The notes beneath the pieces were generated by a model, which saw nothing but the letters and a program-made list of their open reading frames with translations, ran no database searches and was not told the origin of the DNA. Positions 30,079-32,000 of a DNA stretch of 32,000 bases are shown one piece after another. The position numbers and the translations under genes are program-made. Numbering within the stretch: the first letter of the stretch is position 1; each line of letters begins with the position of its first letter. The stretch comes from Candidatus Saccharimonadota bacterium (lineage in GTDB: Bacteria > Pseudomonadota > Alphaproteobacteria > Rickettsiales > Anaplasmataceae), in the NCBI GenBank assembly GCA_029715105.1, contig CP085695.1:360001-392000 (forward strand), read 5' to 3'.

Positions 30079-30345
30079 ATGATAAAAAATGAAAAGTCAA
30101 AAACAATTTTTGAGATGGAAGGAGTAGTTACAACTTTATTGCCAGCAGCAGAATTTAGAGTAAGATTACATAATGAATATGAAATAATTTGTCATGTGTC
30201 TGGAAAACTTAGAAGAAGCAAGATACGTATTGTTATCGGAGATAGAGTCTTAGTGGAAATGAGCATTTACGATAGGAATGTAAAAAGGGGTAGAATAATC
30301 AGGAGGCTTAAAAACATAAGTGATAGAACAACAATCTCTAAATAA
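30079..30345 (+). CDS. infA: Translation initiation factor IF-1 (with a short C-terminal extension)
   Basis: 88 aa. S1-like OB core [20 protein letters not shown]...[27 protein letters not shown]...RGRIIRR. Confidence 0.9.
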   Translation: MIKNEKSKTIFEMEGVVTTLLPAAEFRVRLHNEYEIICHVSGKLRRSKIRIVIGDRVLVEMSIYDRNVKRGRIIRRLKNISDRTTISK

Positions 30346-30922
30346 TCTTATCCTTGCTTCATCATCAGAAAGACGTATAGCCTTATTAAAGCAAATAAAT
30401 ATCAAACCAGGTTTAATTTTACCTGCAAATATAAATGAAATTCCCTTTGAAGGAGAACTTCCAAAAGATTATTCAATCCGTATGGCAAAAAATAAAGCCG
30501 AAAAAATACAAAATTATTATCATAGTTATTTTATTCTTAGTGCTGATACAGTTGTCGCCTGTGGTAGAAGAATATTACTCAAGGCCACAAATATTGAGCA
30601 AGCAGAAAAATATATTCGTTTATTATCTGGAAGAAGACATAGAGTATATACTAGTATATATCTAATAACTCCTAATCGATTAAAACAACATATCAGAACT
30701 GTAGTTACAATAGTAAAATTTAAACGTCTTAGTGAACAGGAAATTAAGTATTATTTAGCATCAGAAAAATGGAAAAATAAAGTAGGAGGTTATAATGTAC
30801 AAGATCTTGCTGGAATGTTTATACTATTTATACGTGGTTCTTATTCCTCCATTATAGGATTGCCATTACACGAAACCCATTGTTTATTGAATAACTATTT
30901 CAATTTAATTTTGATTAAATAA
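30320..30922 (+). CDS. maf: Maf-like nucleoside triphosphate pyrophosphatase
   Basis: 200 aa. [16 protein letters not shown] and GGYNVQD...IIGLP motifs. GTG start. Overlaps infA by 26 nt. Confidence 0.85.
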   Translation: MIEQQSLNNLILASSSERRIALLKQINIKPGLILPANINEIPFEGELPKDYSIRMAKNKAEKIQNYYHSYFILSADTVVACGRRILLKATNIEQAEKYIRLLSGRRHRVYTSIYLITPNRLKQHIRTVVTIVKFKRLSEQEIKYYLASEKWKNKVGGYNVQDLAGMFILFIRGSYSSIIGLPLHETHCLLNNYFNLILIK

Positions 30923-30933
30923 ATGTTTGTTTC

Positions 30934-30953
30934 TCTCTATTTATTTATAGAGA
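30934..30953 (+). terminator. Candidate hairpin terminator downstream of maf
   Basis: tctctat-ttattt-atagaga (7-bp stem, 6-nt loop) beginning 12 nt after the maf stop. The downstream sequence is only moderately T-rich. Confidence 0.28.
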
Positions 30954-31349
30954 TTCAACTTTTAAGACCTTCGTTTCTGCGTTTGATAGATTTATCAAAG
31001 AAAACAAAAATTTTTCAGATTTATATTTGAACAACTCTTTTTAATCTAATTTATTTATAAAATATTTGACTATTAGATCAATTTCATTGCTTATCATTTT
31101 AAAACCTTAGAAGAGTTTCCTTTTATTTAAAAAATTATGATGTATTTTGAATCTTTTTATTTTATTTTGTGCACTCAAAACTATTTAATATAAATTTACA
31201 ATTTATAGCACTGTAAACTTTTAGTTTCATCTTAATAGTAAAATTTTTGATAAAACACAAAATAAGCTTGTAAAAATTCATGAAAATTTTTTTAATTACA
31301 GATATTATATTGTTGAATTTGCATTCAAATCAATTGATTTAACAATTTA

Positions 31350-32000
31350 TTAATTACCTAATTTTAAATATTTGCTACTAATAGTAAAAATTTCCGAGTT
31401 TCGGTAAGTTAACTTGAGTATAGCGAATATATTAATAAATAATAAAACAGCAATTGAAATATCAGCGATATCCCATAATAACTGAATTTTACCTATTGCA
31501 CCAAATGGAATGGTCATAGTAAAAACTATAATCCAGATTTTAGTATATCTATCATCCATAGATATATAACGTATTGTTTGTTTCGAACAAAAAAACCAAG
31601 TAAAAATAGTAGTAAAAGCAAAGCAAAACATCATAATCATGATTACATAATCAATATAGTGCCAGTTTATACCCTTTCTAAAAGCAAAAATACACATATT
31701 GGTGCTTTCCAAGTCAGTAATCCATGAATCTGTAACAAGTAGTACCATTGTTGTAATAAACACTACAAATACAACTATAAAAGGTGATAAAATTGTAATT
31801 AAACTTTGTTCAATAACAAATTTATTATTCCTCTTAAAGGAAATTGAAGAATATACTATACCTTCAAGTCCAAGTCCTATATCTGTTGCGAATATGCCTC
31901 GTAATGTTCCTACTTGGACAATAGTCAATATCTCAGTAATGGATCCTAGAGATAAACCAAAATTAAAACCATCAGTTGTAATAAAACTACCTATTATTAA
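31350..32000 (-). CDS. Sodium:alanine (amino-acid carrier, AgcS family) symporter, C-terminal part; the gene continues beyond the window edge
   Basis: The frame stays open from 31928 to 32000 (LIIGSFITTDGFNFGLSLGSITEI precedes the TTG listed in the ORF track). RGIFATDIGLG, FAFTTIFTWFF and LLWDIADISIAVLLFINIFAILKL resemble the conserved AgcS C-terminal segments. Confidence 0.7.
   Translation of the reverse strand, partial: LIIGSFITTDGFNFGLSLGSITEILTIVQVGTLRGIFATDIGLGLEGIVYSSISFKRNNKFVIEQSLITILSPFIVVFVVFITTMVLLVTDSWITDLESTNMCIFAFRKGINWHYIDYVIMIMMFCFAFTTIFTWFFCSKQTIRYISMDDRYTKIWIIVFTMTIPFGAIGKIQLLWDIADISIAVLLFINIFAILKLTYRNSEIFTISSKYLKLGN

Noticed and set aside
16359-30665. Remaining small ORFs in the track: 16359-16640(-), 19284-19523(-), 20308-20559(-), 21922-22206(-), 22810-22998(+), 24786-25007(-), 27956-28153(-), 28328-28567(-) and 30435-30665(+).
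   Set aside because: Each is antisense to, or out of frame within, dnaE, rpsF/rpsR, pdhB, mgtE, prfB, yidC or maf. None has independent support.
27062-31323. Shared 11-mer ttgaatttgca at 27062-27072 and 31313-31323 as a possible dispersed repeat.
   Set aside because: At this base composition, hundreds of 11-mer coincidences are expected within a 32-kb window. The flanking sequence does not extend the match.
1-32000. Search of all spacers for tRNA, tmRNA, RNase P RNA, SRP RNA, riboswitches (M-box before mgtE, FMN before ribH), CRISPR repeats and long tandem arrays.
   Set aside because: I saw no T-loop GGTTCGAATCC-like motif with a matching acceptor stem. I also saw no CCACCA 3' end outside coding sequence, no GAGGAAAGTCC P4 motif and no SRP GGAAGCAGCC-like motif. 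The mgtE leader is only 127 bp and AT-rich, and ribH has no leader because it overlaps yidC. There are no regularly spaced repeats. A covariance-model scan (tRNAscan-SE, Infernal/Rfam) would be the decisive check.

Overview
Very AT-rich, gene-dense core-genome window from a reduced alphaproteobacterium. Gene content and order point to Rickettsiales, most like an Ehrlichia-type Anaplasmataceae genome: an isolated nuoJKLMN block followed directly by birA, a lone ccmE, rpsF-rpsR-rplI, pdhB, ribH-nusB, a sodium:alanine symporter and long AT-rich spacers. This taxonomic call is inference only, with no database search. I call 28 protein genes, one running off the right edge, covering about 84% of the window by my coordinates. 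All are recognisable housekeeping functions: fatty-acid, NAD, lysine/DAP, riboflavin and biotin metabolism, complex I, replication, translation, membrane insertion, and Mg2+ and amino-acid transport. I could not recognise any rRNA, tRNA, tmRNA, RNase P or SRP RNA, CRISPR array, transposase, integrase, phage gene, toxin-antitoxin pair or defence system, so this looks like an ordinary core region rather than an accessory island. Eight spacers exceed 300 bp, and two of them lie between convergent genes that need no promoter. The most unusual item is rpsF: its S6 N- and C-terminal halves are separated by about 150 extra in-frame residues. Lesser observations: a duplicated G-run/Shine-Dalgarno motif and a Cys-rich relic frame downstream of fdxA; a catalytically degenerate LytM lipoprotein; prfB without the programmed +1 frameshift; long homopolymers inside essential genes; and short palindromes and repeats in the long spacers. 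All promoter and terminator calls are weak because AT-rich DNA produces such motifs by chance.
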